From the IMG/VR virus record IMGVR_UViG_3300011440_000024, positions 1 to 55,232 of that record: a stretch of 55,232 nucleotides of DNA. One strand, 5' to 3'. This DNA comes from a virus (taxonomy: Duplodnaviria > Caudoviricetes). The translations under genes were made by a program, and so were the position numbers. The notes below the pieces were generated by a model, which was not told the origin of the DNA, searched no databases, and was given only the letters and a program-made list of their open reading frames with translations. The first letter of the stretch is position 1. Each line of letters opens with the position of its first letter. Below are positions 1-10,395 of the stretch, in pieces.

Positions 1-477
1 AAGATCGAAGTTTACGGACGTGCCTATAATTGGCAACCTTCCACGGATGAAGATAATCGCTACGCCGTCCAATTTATGAACGGTGGCTCCGTAGCCGCAG
101 TAATTTATCTCAGTCTCCTTCCTGGTGATAGACGGTTCTACGTGTTCAATGCAGATTTTGCAGCGAATCAAGTTTCAACTCTGGACTTCCCTGAAGATCA
201 GTGGGTACGGTTGGAATTTCATCTTGTCTGTCACGCTACTCTCGGAGAAATACATGCCAAGGTCTTTCTTGGCGACTCCACTACGCTCTACGATGAGGCT
301 CGTCTACAAAACACGAACACGTTGAGTCAAATCACCGTTTCACGATTCGGACAAGCTAACACTCGTATTGGGAACTTCTCGATGGATGACATTGAACTCA
401 ACGATATAGGCTGGCCGGGAGCGGCGATATCAGAGAAACAATCATTTTATGCATCACGTCGTAGAGCTTGGCGATAA
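1..477 (+). CDS. Partial beta-rich (lectin/concanavalin-like) accessory virion protein; N-terminus probably the ORF starting at 55159
   Basis: Frame 1 is open from base 1 (KIEVYGRAY...) through the 76..477 ORF; beta-strand pattern WVRLEFHL...MDDIEL; Arg-rich C-terminus. Confidence 0.5.
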   Translation, partial: KIEVYGRAYNWQPSTDEDNRYAVQFMNGGSVAAVIYLSLLPGDRRFYVFNADFAANQVSTLDFPEDQWVRLEFHLVCHATLGEIHAKVFLGDSTTLYDEARLQNTNTLSQITVSRFGQANTRIGNFSMDDIELNDIGWPGAAISEKQSFYASRRRAWR

Positions 478-728
478 TGGTTAAGATAATTTGCGAACAG
501 TATCGCGATGGTGTGAAAGACGATGCTGCGCCTCTTGTTATTCCTAAGTTGAAGAATGAGAAGCCAGAACAGACACTTGAACGTAAATTCAAAGGCGCCG
601 AAAAACGTGGATGGATTGTCGAATGGGTAAGCGACATCGAATTCCATGCTTGGAAATACTATACCGATGGTGATGGTACGCCAGAGCGACCTAACCGAAA
701 AGATCGCTTCTTTAAGGTTATTACATAA
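468..728 (+). CDS. Hypothetical protein
   Basis: ORF coupled to neighbours; true start may be ATG 477. Confidence 0.5.
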   Translation: MAIMVKIICEQYRDGVKDDAAPLVIPKLKNEKPEQTLERKFKGAEKRGWIVEWVSDIEFHAWKYYTDGDGTPERPNRKDRFFKVIT

Positions 729-1444
729 TGGCTGTTACCGACTTAGGCGATGAGGCGGTAACTCGTACTGATACTAGTGATCCGTACAACATGGCAGTAA
801 CTGTGCCGGCGAACTGTCGCGGCATAATTGTAGGACTAAGCCACGGTACATCTAGCACAGATCATGTTGTTTCAGTTGTTTTTGATGGTGTCACGTTTAC
901 TCGTGTTATTCGCGCTACGGATACTGTGACTGAGCCAGGCGATGCAATACTGTACTTCGGTGCGAAAATCGGTGGAACCTTCACTTCAGGTGCGGGTACT
1001 ATTGTTATTCAACTCGCCACAGGTACAACTGATGACATTCATATCAACGTTTGGTATCGTGGTAGTGATACTAGTGCTGATCTAGAAGTCATTGATTCTG
1101 AAGGTATCTCTGAAAACGCAGCTAACCCAACGGTAACACTCACGAAAGGTGGCCGTTCAGGATCGTGTGTCTGTCAGATGTATGGCGGTGGCGCTGCTCC
1201 GGGAGGTACACTTGCAACAGGCAATACACTAGACGGTAATGTTGACCATACCGCTTTTTATTCACAAGCGTGTCATGAAACAACTATTGATACTGCCGAT
1301 CATACAATAGGTTGGTCAACACTATCAACAGACGACTTAGCATTTGTCGCCTGTTGTGTAGCAGAAGTAGTTGCAGCTATACCGGGTTCAATTTATCAGA
1401 CAATACGTAGACGTTCTGGTGACCGTTTTCTTACTCGTAGATAA
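728..1444 (+). CDS. Putative accessory virion protein (Thr/Gly/Ala-rich, beta-rich)
   Basis: Composition, TAATG coupling, position in late operon, Arg-rich C-terminal tail. Confidence 0.5.
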   Translation: MAVTDLGDEAVTRTDTSDPYNMAVTVPANCRGIIVGLSHGTSSTDHVVSVVFDGVTFTRVIRATDTVTEPGDAILYFGAKIGGTFTSGAGTIVIQLATGTTDDIHINVWYRGSDTSADLEVIDSEGISENAANPTVTLTKGGRSGSCVCQMYGGGAAPGGTLATGNTLDGNVDHTAFYSQACHETTIDTADHTIGWSTLSTDDLAFVACCVAEVVAAIPGSIYQTIRRRSGDRFLTRR

Positions 1445-1466
1445 TTCGTAGATACTAGGAGGTAAA

Positions 1467-1946
1467 ATGTCCAGGCTATATACTGTTGAGTTTGAGAATG
1501 TCACTATTACCAATGCAGGTGGCCCTGCCGATATCTTTGAACTTGATGCGGCTGCTGGTAAGCCGATTGAAGTAGTTGGCATGAAGCTCTACACAGTATC
1601 GGAACTTCAGGAAGCACAGGAAGAATGGATAAGGCTGCGATGGATTCGCGGTCATACAACTTCGGGTTCTACACCAAACTCTAGTCCTACGCCTGCTCCG
1701 GTTGCTGTTACAGATCAAGCTGCTGGATTTACTTGTGAAGTCTACAATACTACCGAAGCGTCAGCAGGTACGGCAGTTAACTTAGAATCTCTAGCTTTCA
1801 ATGTACGCGCTGGTTATGAATTCTTCTATCCCGAACTGATGGGGTCAAAAACTTCAGAAGCTAACCTACTAGTTCTACGTATGCTCTCAACTGTAGCTGA
1901 TGACGTTTCCATGACCGGAACTTTGTGGGTTCTTGAACAAGGTTAA
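1467..1946 (+). CDS. Putative virion structural protein
   Basis: AGGAGG RBS; beta-rich sequence in late operon. Confidence 0.5.
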   Translation: MSRLYTVEFENVTITNAGGPADIFELDAAAGKPIEVVGMKLYTVSELQEAQEEWIRLRWIRGHTTSGSTPNSSPTPAPVAVTDQAAGFTCEVYNTTEASAGTAVNLESLAFNVRAGYEFFYPELMGSKTSEANLLVLRMLSTVADDVSMTGTLWVLEQG

Positions 1947-1949
1947 TAA

Positions 1950-3203
1950 GTGCCACGCTATCCTATCAGAGCTAGACAACGACCTCCCCGTAAGGGAATC
2001 TTTCGTTCCATCTTTACTATAGGTGGAGCATATGTTCCTCCTGTCGAATATGTAGATAGTGCTACAGTATATCTCGATCTACAACCAGCTAGTTCTGATG
2101 TTGCTGACTACATTGATAGTGCACAAGTTTATCTTGAATTAACAGCTAGTGGTTCTGATGTTCTAGAAGCTGTAGATAGTGCGGAGGTATATCTTGATCT
2201 TCAATCGTCCGGCGTTGATACAGCACAATTCGATGATGCTGCCACGGTCTATATGGACCTTACCGCCTCTGGCGTTGATATTGCTGAGTTTGTGGATTCT
2301 GCAACGGTGGGGTTACTTCTCACACCTTCGTCTGTCCAGAACTTCGATGCAGTAGATTCTTCTGAGATATATCTAGACCTACAACCTGAATCTACATTTG
2401 AAGAGCATACGACATTCGATGCGGCAGAAGTATATCTTGATCTTCAAGCATCAGGTGTTGATGAACTCACTCGGGAATATCTAGATACGGCGGAAATTTA
2501 TGTTGATCTACAACCAGACAGTTCCGACACAGCCGAATTTGTTGACTCAAGTAATGTGTATCTTGATCTTCAATCAAGTGGTTCCGATATCACAGAGTTT
2601 GCAGATGAAGCTACAGTGTACTTTGACCTTCAACCAACCAGTGACGATGTAGGAGAATTCGTAGATGCTGCTACTACGTATCTTGACATACAGCCTAGTG
2701 GCTCTGATGTTGGAGACTTTATTGATTCTGTTATCGTTCCTCTTGTTCTCTCTGCAAGTGGCGTAGACGAATATACACCTGCAAGTGGTGGCACAGAGTA
2801 TCTTGATTCAGCGGAGGTCTATCTTGACATACAACCTACTAGTGTTGATACAGCCGACTTCATTGATTCAGCAACCGTTGACCTCGACATATCCATCACG
2901 ACACAGGATATCGCGCAGTTCGATGATGCAGCTACAGTATTTTTGGGATTGGTACCTTCAACGACAGATGTAGCAGATTTTGTAGATACCAACCAAGTCT
3001 ATCTTATACTGACACCAACAGGTGTTGAAGAACTTTCATTTGCTTATAGTGATACAGCAATTGTCTATCTCGATCTGCAAGTCCTTGTATTTATTGCTCC
3101 AACGATGGACTTGCAAGTCCTTGGAATATCGCGCAGATGGGTTCTTCAGATTAACAGACGCTTTGAGGTAATAGGAGGGCCAGTTAAACAGTGGATATTT
3201 TAA
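1950..3203 (+). CDS. Acidic tandem-repeat protein (about 17 units of ~20 aa, consensus EFVDSATVYLDLQPSGSDVA); putative fibre/scaffold
   Basis: Repeats directly visible in the translation. Confidence 0.7.
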   Translation: MPRYPIRARQRPPRKGIFRSIFTIGGAYVPPVEYVDSATVYLDLQPASSDVADYIDSAQVYLELTASGSDVLEAVDSAEVYLDLQSSGVDTAQFDDAATVYMDLTASGVDIAEFVDSATVGLLLTPSSVQNFDAVDSSEIYLDLQPESTFEEHTTFDAAEVYLDLQASGVDELTREYLDTAEIYVDLQPDSSDTAEFVDSSNVYLDLQSSGSDITEFADEATVYFDLQPTSDDVGEFVDAATTYLDIQPSGSDVGDFIDSVIVPLVLSASGVDEYTPASGGTEYLDSAEVYLDIQPTSVDTADFIDSATVDLDISITTQDIAQFDDAATVFLGLVPSTTDVADFVDTNQVYLILTPTGVEELSFAYSDTAIVYLDLQVLVFIAPTMDLQVLGISRRWVLQINRRFEVIGGPVKQWIF

Positions 3204-3499
3204 AGAAGAATACAGTTGAGCCTGTTCTTGTAAGTTTGCGAGATAGGCTTCAGAATATAACCGATCTATCTACAGTAACTACTCCACGATTCGATGTAAG
3301 AGATTCAGCCGACGTGCTTAAGATTACTAACGGTATTCCAACCTTTGATGCTGACCACCCTATGACAGCTATCTGTCTCATTGACACTAGTACCGGCGGT
3401 GGATGGGCTTCAGATGAATACCGGCTTTATTTCAAGTACACAGACGGTTCTTCTATGCCTATTCTATTTGCTGGAAAGTTTCGCGTCGAAGATGATTGA
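3191..3499 (+). CDS. Small Ig/BppU-like virion adaptor; paralog of 54409..54726
   Basis: Shared motifs PxFDVxDSAD, CLxDTxxGGxWA, EYRL with 54409..54726. Confidence 0.5.
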   Translation: MDILKKNTVEPVLVSLRDRLQNITDLSTVTTPRFDVRDSADVLKITNGIPTFDADHPMTAICLIDTSTGGGWASDEYRLYFKYTDGSSMPILFAGKFRVEDD

Positions 3500-4895
3500 C
3501 CCTGATAAGCGACGGTTCTTGTTCAAGAAGATTGGCTATGAACCTCATAGTCAGGAACAGTGGGATTGCCATGAATCGACAATGCGGTTCCGTATCTTAT
3601 GCTGTGGGCGCCGTTGGGGTAAAACGACATTCGGTGGAAATGAGCTAACCGTTGCAGCGATGGATCATACCGATCCTGGTTATTATTGGATCGTTGGGCC
3701 AAACTATGTTCAAGGAGAAAAAGAGTTCCGCATTCTTTATCACAACCTCGTCGTTAAGCTCAACCTTGGGTCTAAGATCAAAAAACAGTATAACGTTAAT
3801 CAAGGCCAAATGCGAATTGAAATGCCTTGGGGAACTATCATCGAGGTAAAGTCGGCAGATCGAAAAGATGGACTACTCGGTGAAGGTCTTAGAGGCGTTA
3901 TTATGGCTGAGGCTGCTAGGCATGATAAAGATACATGGGAGATGTTTGTACGACCGGCACTTTCTGATATTACAAAAGGTGAGCGCGGGTGGGCAATCTT
4001 TACATCAACGCCGAAGGGACATAACTGGTTCCAAGGTCTATGGTTGATGGGTCAAATTAGAAGCATCCATCCTGAATACGAATCATGGCGTCTTCCTTCA
4101 TGGGGTAACGAATTTGTTTATCCTGATGGCAGAGCTGATAGCGAAATTAAACTAATTGAACAGACAGTATCACCACAGTTCTTTGCACAGGAAATCGCTG
4201 CTGAGTTTACTTCGTTCGTTGGTCGAATCTACGATGAGTTCATTCCTAAGATTCACGTCCCAGAAAAAAGTATTCCATATAATCCAGCATGGAGAAACTA
4301 TTGGGTATTCGACTATGGTTTCGCTGATCCCTTCGTATGCTTAGATATTATGGTTGATCCTGAAGAGAACGTTTATATATGGAGAGAATATCAAGAGCGA
4401 TATAAAGCGACTTGGGATCATGCTCATATTCTACAGGAAAGACCCAATCCTGAAGGATTCCATGTTGATGCAATGTTTGGTGATCCTCGTGGTGCAGATC
4501 AAGCAGCTACCATTGCATTAGTTCTCGGACAAGTGTTTTCTGAAGACGTTGATCGTTCACAAGGATATGAAGCTGTTAGGCGTTGGATTAAAGTTCAGCC
4601 TAACGGTAAACCTAAATTCTTCATTGATAAAAGTTGTGTAGAACTCATCCGACAAATGGAAATGCTGCATTTGAAGGAAGCTAAGGACGGAAGAAACGCT
4701 CCAGAAGAACAGCACGATTATGACGATCACGGACCTGACGCAGTTAGATATTTCTTCAGTCAATACTTTGTGCTTGGTGCTGGTTCCCGCCTTAGCGACG
4801 TGTACTCTCCACTTGGTTTGACTGGTGAAGCATTAACGTACTTCCAGCAGCATACGCCATTTACGAAACAGACTATCGGCTTCGGTCAGAGGTAA
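3492..4895 (+). CDS. terL: Terminase large subunit
   Basis: Walker A GRRWGKT, Walker B-like VIMAEAA, STPKGHNWF coupling motif, C-terminal nuclease DYG...DHGPDAVRY; ATG 3492 overlaps the upstream stop. Confidence 0.95.
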   Translation: MIDPDKRRFLFKKIGYEPHSQEQWDCHESTMRFRILCCGRRWGKTTFGGNELTVAAMDHTDPGYYWIVGPNYVQGEKEFRILYHNLVVKLNLGSKIKKQYNVNQGQMRIEMPWGTIIEVKSADRKDGLLGEGLRGVIMAEAARHDKDTWEMFVRPALSDITKGERGWAIFTSTPKGHNWFQGLWLMGQIRSIHPEYESWRLPSWGNEFVYPDGRADSEIKLIEQTVSPQFFAQEIAAEFTSFVGRIYDEFIPKIHVPEKSIPYNPAWRNYWVFDYGFADPFVCLDIMVDPEENVYIWREYQERYKATWDHAHILQERPNPEGFHVDAMFGDPRGADQAATIALVLGQVFSEDVDRSQGYEAVRRWIKVQPNGKPKFFIDKSCVELIRQMEMLHLKEAKDGRNAPEEQHDYDDHGPDAVRYFFSQYFVLGAGSRLSDVYSPLGLTGEALTYFQQHTPFTKQTIGFGQR

Positions 4896-4896
4896 T

Positions 4897-6339
4897 ATGG
4901 CAAAGAAGAAAGATAACCGAAACAAACGCAATCTAGTAACTCGTATCTTTCAAGCTGCTCCCGATCCGCGAAAACGGTCAACCGGCACTTCTCTAAATGC
5001 AAGGGGAGCGGTGCCTGTTGATAGTTCAGCCACTAGTGAATTAGGCTCATCGCGTGGTGGAGTTACAAGAGACATTGTTCCTGCATTGGGTCAGGGAGCG
5101 CAAGCAATTCGCATCTATGACCAAATGTCTAACTCTCTTGCTAGTGTCGATGTTTCGCTTCGTGCGGGTAAGATGCCTATTATGGGTGCAATGTTCTTTA
5201 TCGAATCATACGATGATTCACAAGAGAACATTGACATCAAACAGTTCGTTGAATACAATCTTCTTAGAGGAACGGCAGCACCATTTCTTCTCGTACTAGA
5301 AGATATCCTTCGTATGTACGAATACGGTTATACCGTATTCGAGAAGGTATATGAGAATAGAGAATGGGCGCCTAAACGTGGTGGAGCTAATCGTCGTAAG
5401 TACACAATGCTAAAGAAGCTAGCTCCACGTCCTACTCCTACTATCAAGAAGATTAACTACGACGACAATGGTGGTCCCCTTAGTATCGTGCAATCTGCTG
5501 TCGATAGGAATAACAAAGTTAAAGATGTTGAGCTGGATATCTCTAAGCTCATCGTATTCAGCTTTAATAAAAAGGGCGGCAATCTAGAAGGTAAGTCGAT
5601 CCTTCGTACTGCATATCAGCATTGGTACTACGTTGATAACCTTTACAAGATTGATGGTATTCAGAAGGAACGTCATGGTATGGGATTCCCTGTACTTGAA
5701 CTTCCTCCTGGATTTAAAGATGCTGACAAACTTGCAGCAGAGTTGCTAGTTCAGAACATTCGTACTAACGAGCATGGCGGAATGGTTCTACCTCCTGGCT
5801 TTAAATTCCATTTCGCAGAATTGCCAGGGCAACCTGTTAACGTGATGGAATCTATCGACCATCATAACGGGATGATTATGCTTAACGTTATGGTTCAGTT
5901 CCTTATGATGGGTATTCAAGGTAGCGGTAGTGGTGGTAGAGCAACTGCTGGATCGCATCAGGATATGTTCACGAAGTCACTACGCTATGTAGGAAATCTC
6001 ATCTGCGATTGGATGAACTACTATCTCATTCCACAATTGGTTGCATATAACTTTGAAACTGACAAGTTCCCACGATTGCAGATCAAAAATATCGGTGAAA
6101 CGAAAGACTTGCAACAGTGGGGATCAGCAGTTGCAAACCTTGCTGCACAGAATCTTATCACTCTTGATTTGGAGACAGAACAGTGGGTTCGTTCTATTCT
6201 CGATGCGCCACCTAAAATGGGAGGTAAGCAAACTCCTGAAGCTAATGCAGGTAACGCAAGCGAGAAGAAGGGAGATATTGAATCAGGTGTTGGTGATGGA
6301 GGTAATGCAGGAGTTCCTACTGATGATGCGGATACATAA
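4897..6339 (+). CDS. Portal protein (Mu gp29/DUF935-like)
   Basis: Directly after TerL; GKSILRTAY, ERHGMGFP, LIPQLVAYNF motifs typical of DUF935 portals. Confidence 0.85.
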   Translation: MAKKKDNRNKRNLVTRIFQAAPDPRKRSTGTSLNARGAVPVDSSATSELGSSRGGVTRDIVPALGQGAQAIRIYDQMSNSLASVDVSLRAGKMPIMGAMFFIESYDDSQENIDIKQFVEYNLLRGTAAPFLLVLEDILRMYEYGYTVFEKVYENREWAPKRGGANRRKYTMLKKLAPRPTPTIKKINYDDNGGPLSIVQSAVDRNNKVKDVELDISKLIVFSFNKKGGNLEGKSILRTAYQHWYYVDNLYKIDGIQKERHGMGFPVLELPPGFKDADKLAAELLVQNIRTNEHGGMVLPPGFKFHFAELPGQPVNVMESIDHHNGMIMLNVMVQFLMMGIQGSGSGGRATAGSHQDMFTKSLRYVGNLICDWMNYYLIPQLVAYNFETDKFPRLQIKNIGETKDLQQWGSAVANLAAQNLITLDLETEQWVRSILDAPPKMGGKQTPEANAGNASEKKGDIESGVGDGGNAGVPTDDADT

Positions 6340-8036
6340 TGAAAGACTATAGTAAAATCATCACAGGTATGACTTCTACTCCGTGGATGATTACGGAATC
6401 TGCCATGAAGATGATTTGTGAAATTGTGCAAGAGCATATTCATGGAAACGTATCGCAAGAAGATATCCGTATCAGGTATCAGGATTCTCGGCAGGAAAGG
6501 AAGGAACGTCATGCTACTAAGCAAGTTCGTGGACTTGGCGTTCTTGAACTAGCTGGACCCATCTTTCCTAAAGCGAATCTTATGACGGAACTGAGTGGAG
6601 CAACATCTATTGAACAGTTCCGTAGTGACTTTAGAGTAATGCTTGCAGATGAATCTGTTGATGCAATTCTTCTGGACATTGATAGTCCCGGTGGTCATTC
6701 ATCGCAGATTTCTGAAATGGCCGCAGAGATTCGACAGGCTAGAGAAATCAAGCCTATCTGGGCTATCGCAAATACATCAGCAACTTCTGCTGCATATTTT
6801 CTCGGTTCGGCAGCAGACAAGATGTTTGCTTCGCCTTCTTCATTCGTTGCAAACATCGGAACTATCATGGTAGTCAGAGACGATTCCAAACAGAATGAAA
6901 TGTTTGGCATCAAGGAAACTCCTATTGGTTCTAGTAAACTCAAGAAGGTAGGTTATGAGCCTCTTGATGCTGAAGGTGAAGCTTATCTTCAGAGCATTGT
7001 CGATGATACCAATGATGATTTCGTAACTGGCGTTGCTCTAGGTCGTAGAGTAAGTGAAGATACTGTTCGTAACGAATTTGGCGACGGTGCAGTTATGACA
7101 GCAAGACAAGGTTTAGAAGCTGGAGTAGTAGATGGTATTGCTACTTTTGACGAGGTTGTCTCTGAGCTTCTACATTCTACTTCTACCACACAGGGAGGTT
7201 CTATCGGTCGCGCGGAAAAAGTTGCTGCAAACGCTAACGTTAGTAATACAAACGTTAAGCAAACGGACGATATGGATAAAGCACATGGTGAGCCTGGTCC
7301 TACAGGTGAGCCAATTCCACGCGAACCGGCAGATAAAGATGATCCCGCTATTAAGGGAGGTTGGCGAGTTGATACACCACCGCCACCAGCAGGACAACAA
7401 CAGAGCAATCAAGGAGGGAAGGAGCTAATGGATAACGAACAGCTTGTTGCTCTCGCAACTGCACTCGGTGTAGAAATTGCCGAAGGTGATGATGAGGCAA
7501 CAGTGTACGCTAATGTACTTGAAGCTGCTGGCGATATTCAGCCTCTTCTGGTAGCAACATCAGAGGCAAGGGATTTCGCTAAGGACTATCCTGAGCAGGC
7601 TAATCGAATGCTTGAACTTGAAAGAGCGGATCGAGAAAGTCGTGCTATGCAGTTTGCAAAGCAGTTTGAAAGTGTACAGAAAGAAGTTAAGGTTGGAGAA
7701 GATACGAAGATTAAAACATTCGGTTACTCCGCTCTTATGACTTCTAAGATTGAGGAAGCTCATGTAAAGGTTGCAAGTCGTTCTTTCACCCATGATGATC
7801 TTTCCAATCTTCTTACGACAGCATTCGATAGCGTTGTAGATTTTGATGAGGACGGTTCTTCTAGGTCTGTTGAGCGTAAGCCAGTCGATGCTAATGCAAG
7901 TCGTCAGACTGTTCGACAGGAGTTTGCTAATCTCGTTAAGGAGATTCGTCAGGAAGATAATCTATCTCGTAGAGAAGCAATTGCGGAAGCTGCCAAGCGT
8001 GAGCCTGAGCTTGCTGCCGCATATGCGAGCAGGTAG
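6339..8036 (+). CDS. S49 (ClpP/SppA-like) prohead protease fused to scaffold domain
   Basis: LDIDSPGG, SAAYFLGS, IGT motifs; helical, charged C-terminal half. Confidence 0.9.
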   Translation: MKDYSKIITGMTSTPWMITESAMKMICEIVQEHIHGNVSQEDIRIRYQDSRQERKERHATKQVRGLGVLELAGPIFPKANLMTELSGATSIEQFRSDFRVMLADESVDAILLDIDSPGGHSSQISEMAAEIRQAREIKPIWAIANTSATSAAYFLGSAADKMFASPSSFVANIGTIMVVRDDSKQNEMFGIKETPIGSSKLKKVGYEPLDAEGEAYLQSIVDDTNDDFVTGVALGRRVSEDTVRNEFGDGAVMTARQGLEAGVVDGIATFDEVVSELLHSTSTTQGGSIGRAEKVAANANVSNTNVKQTDDMDKAHGEPGPTGEPIPREPADKDDPAIKGGWRVDTPPPPAGQQQSNQGGKELMDNEQLVALATALGVEIAEGDDEATVYANVLEAAGDIQPLLVATSEARDFAKDYPEQANRMLELERADRESRAMQFAKQFESVQKEVKVGEDTKIKTFGYSALMTSKIEEAHVKVASRSFTHDDLSNLLTTAFDSVVDFDEDGSSRSVERKPVDANASRQTVRQEFANLVKEIRQEDNLSRREAIAEAAKREPELAAAYASR

Positions 8037-8056
8037 GAAAGGAGGATTAACGAATA

Positions 8057-8449
8057 ATGCCATCAGCAACTAGCAATCAGGTTGAGAGCAAAGGCTTTAA
8101 TGCTGCTGCTGCTATTACGAAGGGTCGTGCAGTTAAGTCAACAGGTAACCCTGAAGAAGTCACACCAGTAACAGCAGCAACTGATGTTGTTTTCGGTATT
8201 GCAGTATTTGATGTTTCTGCTGGTGAAATTGCAAGAGGAAAAGGCGCGACCGTTGTACTGATTGGTCAGGCAGTAATGGAAGCATCAGAAGCAATCAACG
8301 AAGGTCAGCTTATTTCGCCAACTGCTACTGGTACCGCACAGGTTGCTGCTGCTACCGAACGTGTAATTGGTGTAGCAATGGAAGCAGCTTCAGGTGCAGG
8401 TAAGTATTTCAAGATTCATCTTAGTCTACCTGGCACGATTCTGGCGTAG
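8057..8449 (+). CDS. Capsid decoration/cement protein (DUF2190-like)
   Basis: Ala/Gly-rich small protein just before the capsid gene; IGVAMEAA motif. Confidence 0.7.
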   Translation: MPSATSNQVESKGFNAAAAITKGRAVKSTGNPEEVTPVTAATDVVFGIAVFDVSAGEIARGKGATVVLIGQAVMEASEAINEGQLISPTATGTAQVAAATERVIGVAMEAASGAGKYFKIHLSLPGTILA

Positions 8450-8467
8450 GAAGGGAGGGATATCTAA

Positions 8468-9475
8468 ATGCCAATGTACGATCCAGGCGCAATGTTCACC
8501 GACCCCATCCTTACGGATTTCTCGGTTGGTTATCAGTCGCCTCTATTCTATGGTCTACGAATGCTTCCCGAAACTCCGGTAAATACTGCATCAGGTATTT
8601 ATCGTGTATGGGATCGTTCTAACCGTGTCTACTTCCTCTCTCGTCGTGAACCTGGCACAGTTGCTAATGAGGTTCGTGGTGGGCGTTGGAGCACAGATAC
8701 GTTCAAGACAGTACAGCATGCACTTCAAGCTGCTGTTGCAGATGAAGAGGATATGGAGCTTCAGACACAGGGCGGTTATGCTAATCCCGCATTCGGTGGA
8801 GATTTTGATATTGACCCACACGAAGATGCTGCTGCTCTCGTATTCGATTCACTACAGCTAGAGCATGAGCTTACTGCTGCTGCACTACTTCGCAATACAG
8901 CAACATATCCTGCCGGTCATACTGTTACACTTCTTGCGGCAGATCAGTGGGATAACTATGCAGGTGCAACATCCAATCCGATTGACGTTCTTCGTGCTGC
9001 AATTTTGAAGATTGAATCGAAGATTGGTGTTAAACCCAACCGTCTCCTTATGAGCACGTTTGGACAGAACTGGCTAGAGAATCATCCTGATATGGTTGCA
9101 CGTTTCCAGAACTTCTCACTTACTGATCCAGAAGCCTTCCGTAAGCTAGTTGGTTTCGATGGTGAGCTTGTTCTCGTTCAGGATGACTGGTACAACGCGA
9201 ACGATATTCTGGAAGCTACAGAGTCACTTACTGCCATTTGGGGTAAGGATGTTATCCTTGCGTATGTTAATCCTCAGCTGACACTTCGTGATCTTTCGTT
9301 CGGTAAGACTTTCGCGCAGATTTGGCCAGATGGTTCAACACGACCTACTGACCGTTGGCGTGAAGAGAGTCGTATGTCTGACATGGTGAGAACACATTGG
9401 AAGTGGGACCTTAAGATTACTTCTTCCATTGCTGGTTATCTCATCAAGGACGCATTCGGCTCAACTGCTTGGTAA
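8468..9475 (+). CDS. Major capsid protein
   Basis: Size and position; DPILTDFSVGY, W....SNPI.D, GVKPN, AGYLIKDA motifs of HK97-fold capsids. Confidence 0.9.
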   Translation: MPMYDPGAMFTDPILTDFSVGYQSPLFYGLRMLPETPVNTASGIYRVWDRSNRVYFLSRREPGTVANEVRGGRWSTDTFKTVQHALQAAVADEEDMELQTQGGYANPAFGGDFDIDPHEDAAALVFDSLQLEHELTAAALLRNTATYPAGHTVTLLAADQWDNYAGATSNPIDVLRAAILKIESKIGVKPNRLLMSTFGQNWLENHPDMVARFQNFSLTDPEAFRKLVGFDGELVLVQDDWYNANDILEATESLTAIWGKDVILAYVNPQLTLRDLSFGKTFAQIWPDGSTRPTDRWREESRMSDMVRTHWKWDLKITSSIAGYLIKDAFGSTAW

Positions 9476-9496
9476 ACAGGAGGATGGTAAATTACT

Positions 9497-9955
9497 ATGG
9501 CTAGACCACGTAAAAGGAGAACTGCGAAGAAGGGTGAATTCTTCGCATGGACTGATATTCATAACGGTGGTGAGACTAAAGAAGTTCGTGGTCGCAACAT
9601 CGTTGTTAATAGGAACATGGTTAAGCTTGGTGATCCTGTTAGTCAGTCTGATCTAGATGTAAGTGACGAAGAGTGGCAGGGACTTCTCGATGGAGGCTCT
9701 GTTCGTGATTATCCACTTCCAGATGGAATTGGTGAGAACGAATCTCCTAGTGCATATGTTGCAAGACTACAGGCAGAGCAGCAGGCACTCGATCCCGATA
9801 CTCTTCTTAAGATGAATGCTGCACTTCAGATCGCAGTTCCACAACCGACAGAAGATGCAGAAGTACATGATCCTTCCGGTGCCGAAGAAACTGCTAATAC
9901 AGCAGTTGCAGAAGGTACAGTAGGTACAGGCGAGGAAGGTGATCCAACAGCATAA
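9497..9955 (+). CDS. Hypothetical head-associated protein
   Basis: ORF with RBS after capsid gene. Confidence 0.5.
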   Translation: MARPRKRRTAKKGEFFAWTDIHNGGETKEVRGRNIVVNRNMVKLGDPVSQSDLDVSDEEWQGLLDGGSVRDYPLPDGIGENESPSAYVARLQAEQQALDPDTLLKMNAALQIAVPQPTEDAEVHDPSGAEETANTAVAEGTVGTGEEGDPTA

Positions 9956-10395
9956 TGGCTCTCATTGACGACAATGATATCAATAAGTTCCTCCCTGAAG
10001 ATAAACTCATTGCGGAGTCGGAACCTCTGTATGCAGAGATTCTAGAAGATATCGAGCGCGTCATTAGAGGCTGGCTTGCTGGTTATGTTGCTTCGGGAGT
10101 AATGGCTCTCTGGCTGACCCCTGGTACAACTCCTTCAACAATCAGAGCTATCGGGGGTCGGCTAGGTGCCGCATTTATCTACCGACGCAGATATTCTGAA
10201 GACTCACTAGATGATCCACAGTATGCACAGTTCCTATACAATGAAGCGATGACAATGCTCCAAAGAATCATTGATGGAAGTATGACACTAGATGAAGACC
10301 CAACTGATGTCGGTGGCGGATTAACTACGGATATGTTCTATCCCAATGATCCTAATACTCAGCCACCTAAATTCACAATGGACTCAGTGTTCTAA
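9955..10395 (+). CDS. Head-tail adaptor (Mu gp36/DUF1320-like)
   Basis: Helical protein, LYNEAMTMLQRIIDG pattern, position. Confidence 0.65.
   Translation: MALIDDNDINKFLPEDKLIAESEPLYAEILEDIERVIRGWLAGYVASGVMALWLTPGTTPSTIRAIGGRLGAAFIYRRRYSEDSLDDPQYAQFLYNEAMTMLQRIIDGSMTLDEDPTDVGGGLTTDMFYPNDPNTQPPKFTMDSVF

Noticed and set aside
2040-3080. DNA repeat array or DGR variable region
   Set aside because: Repeats are degenerate at DNA level and explained by protein repeats; no reverse transcriptase in the window.
3381-3491. N-terminal extension of TerL in the ORF track
   Set aside because: Overlaps gene 3191..3499 in another frame; ATG 3492 fits better.
6021-7793. Antisense and shadow ORFs in the track (also e.g. 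14755..15822, 21123..21533, 37739..38128)
   Set aside because: They lie opposite or inside well-supported genes, with no RBS or recognisable motifs.
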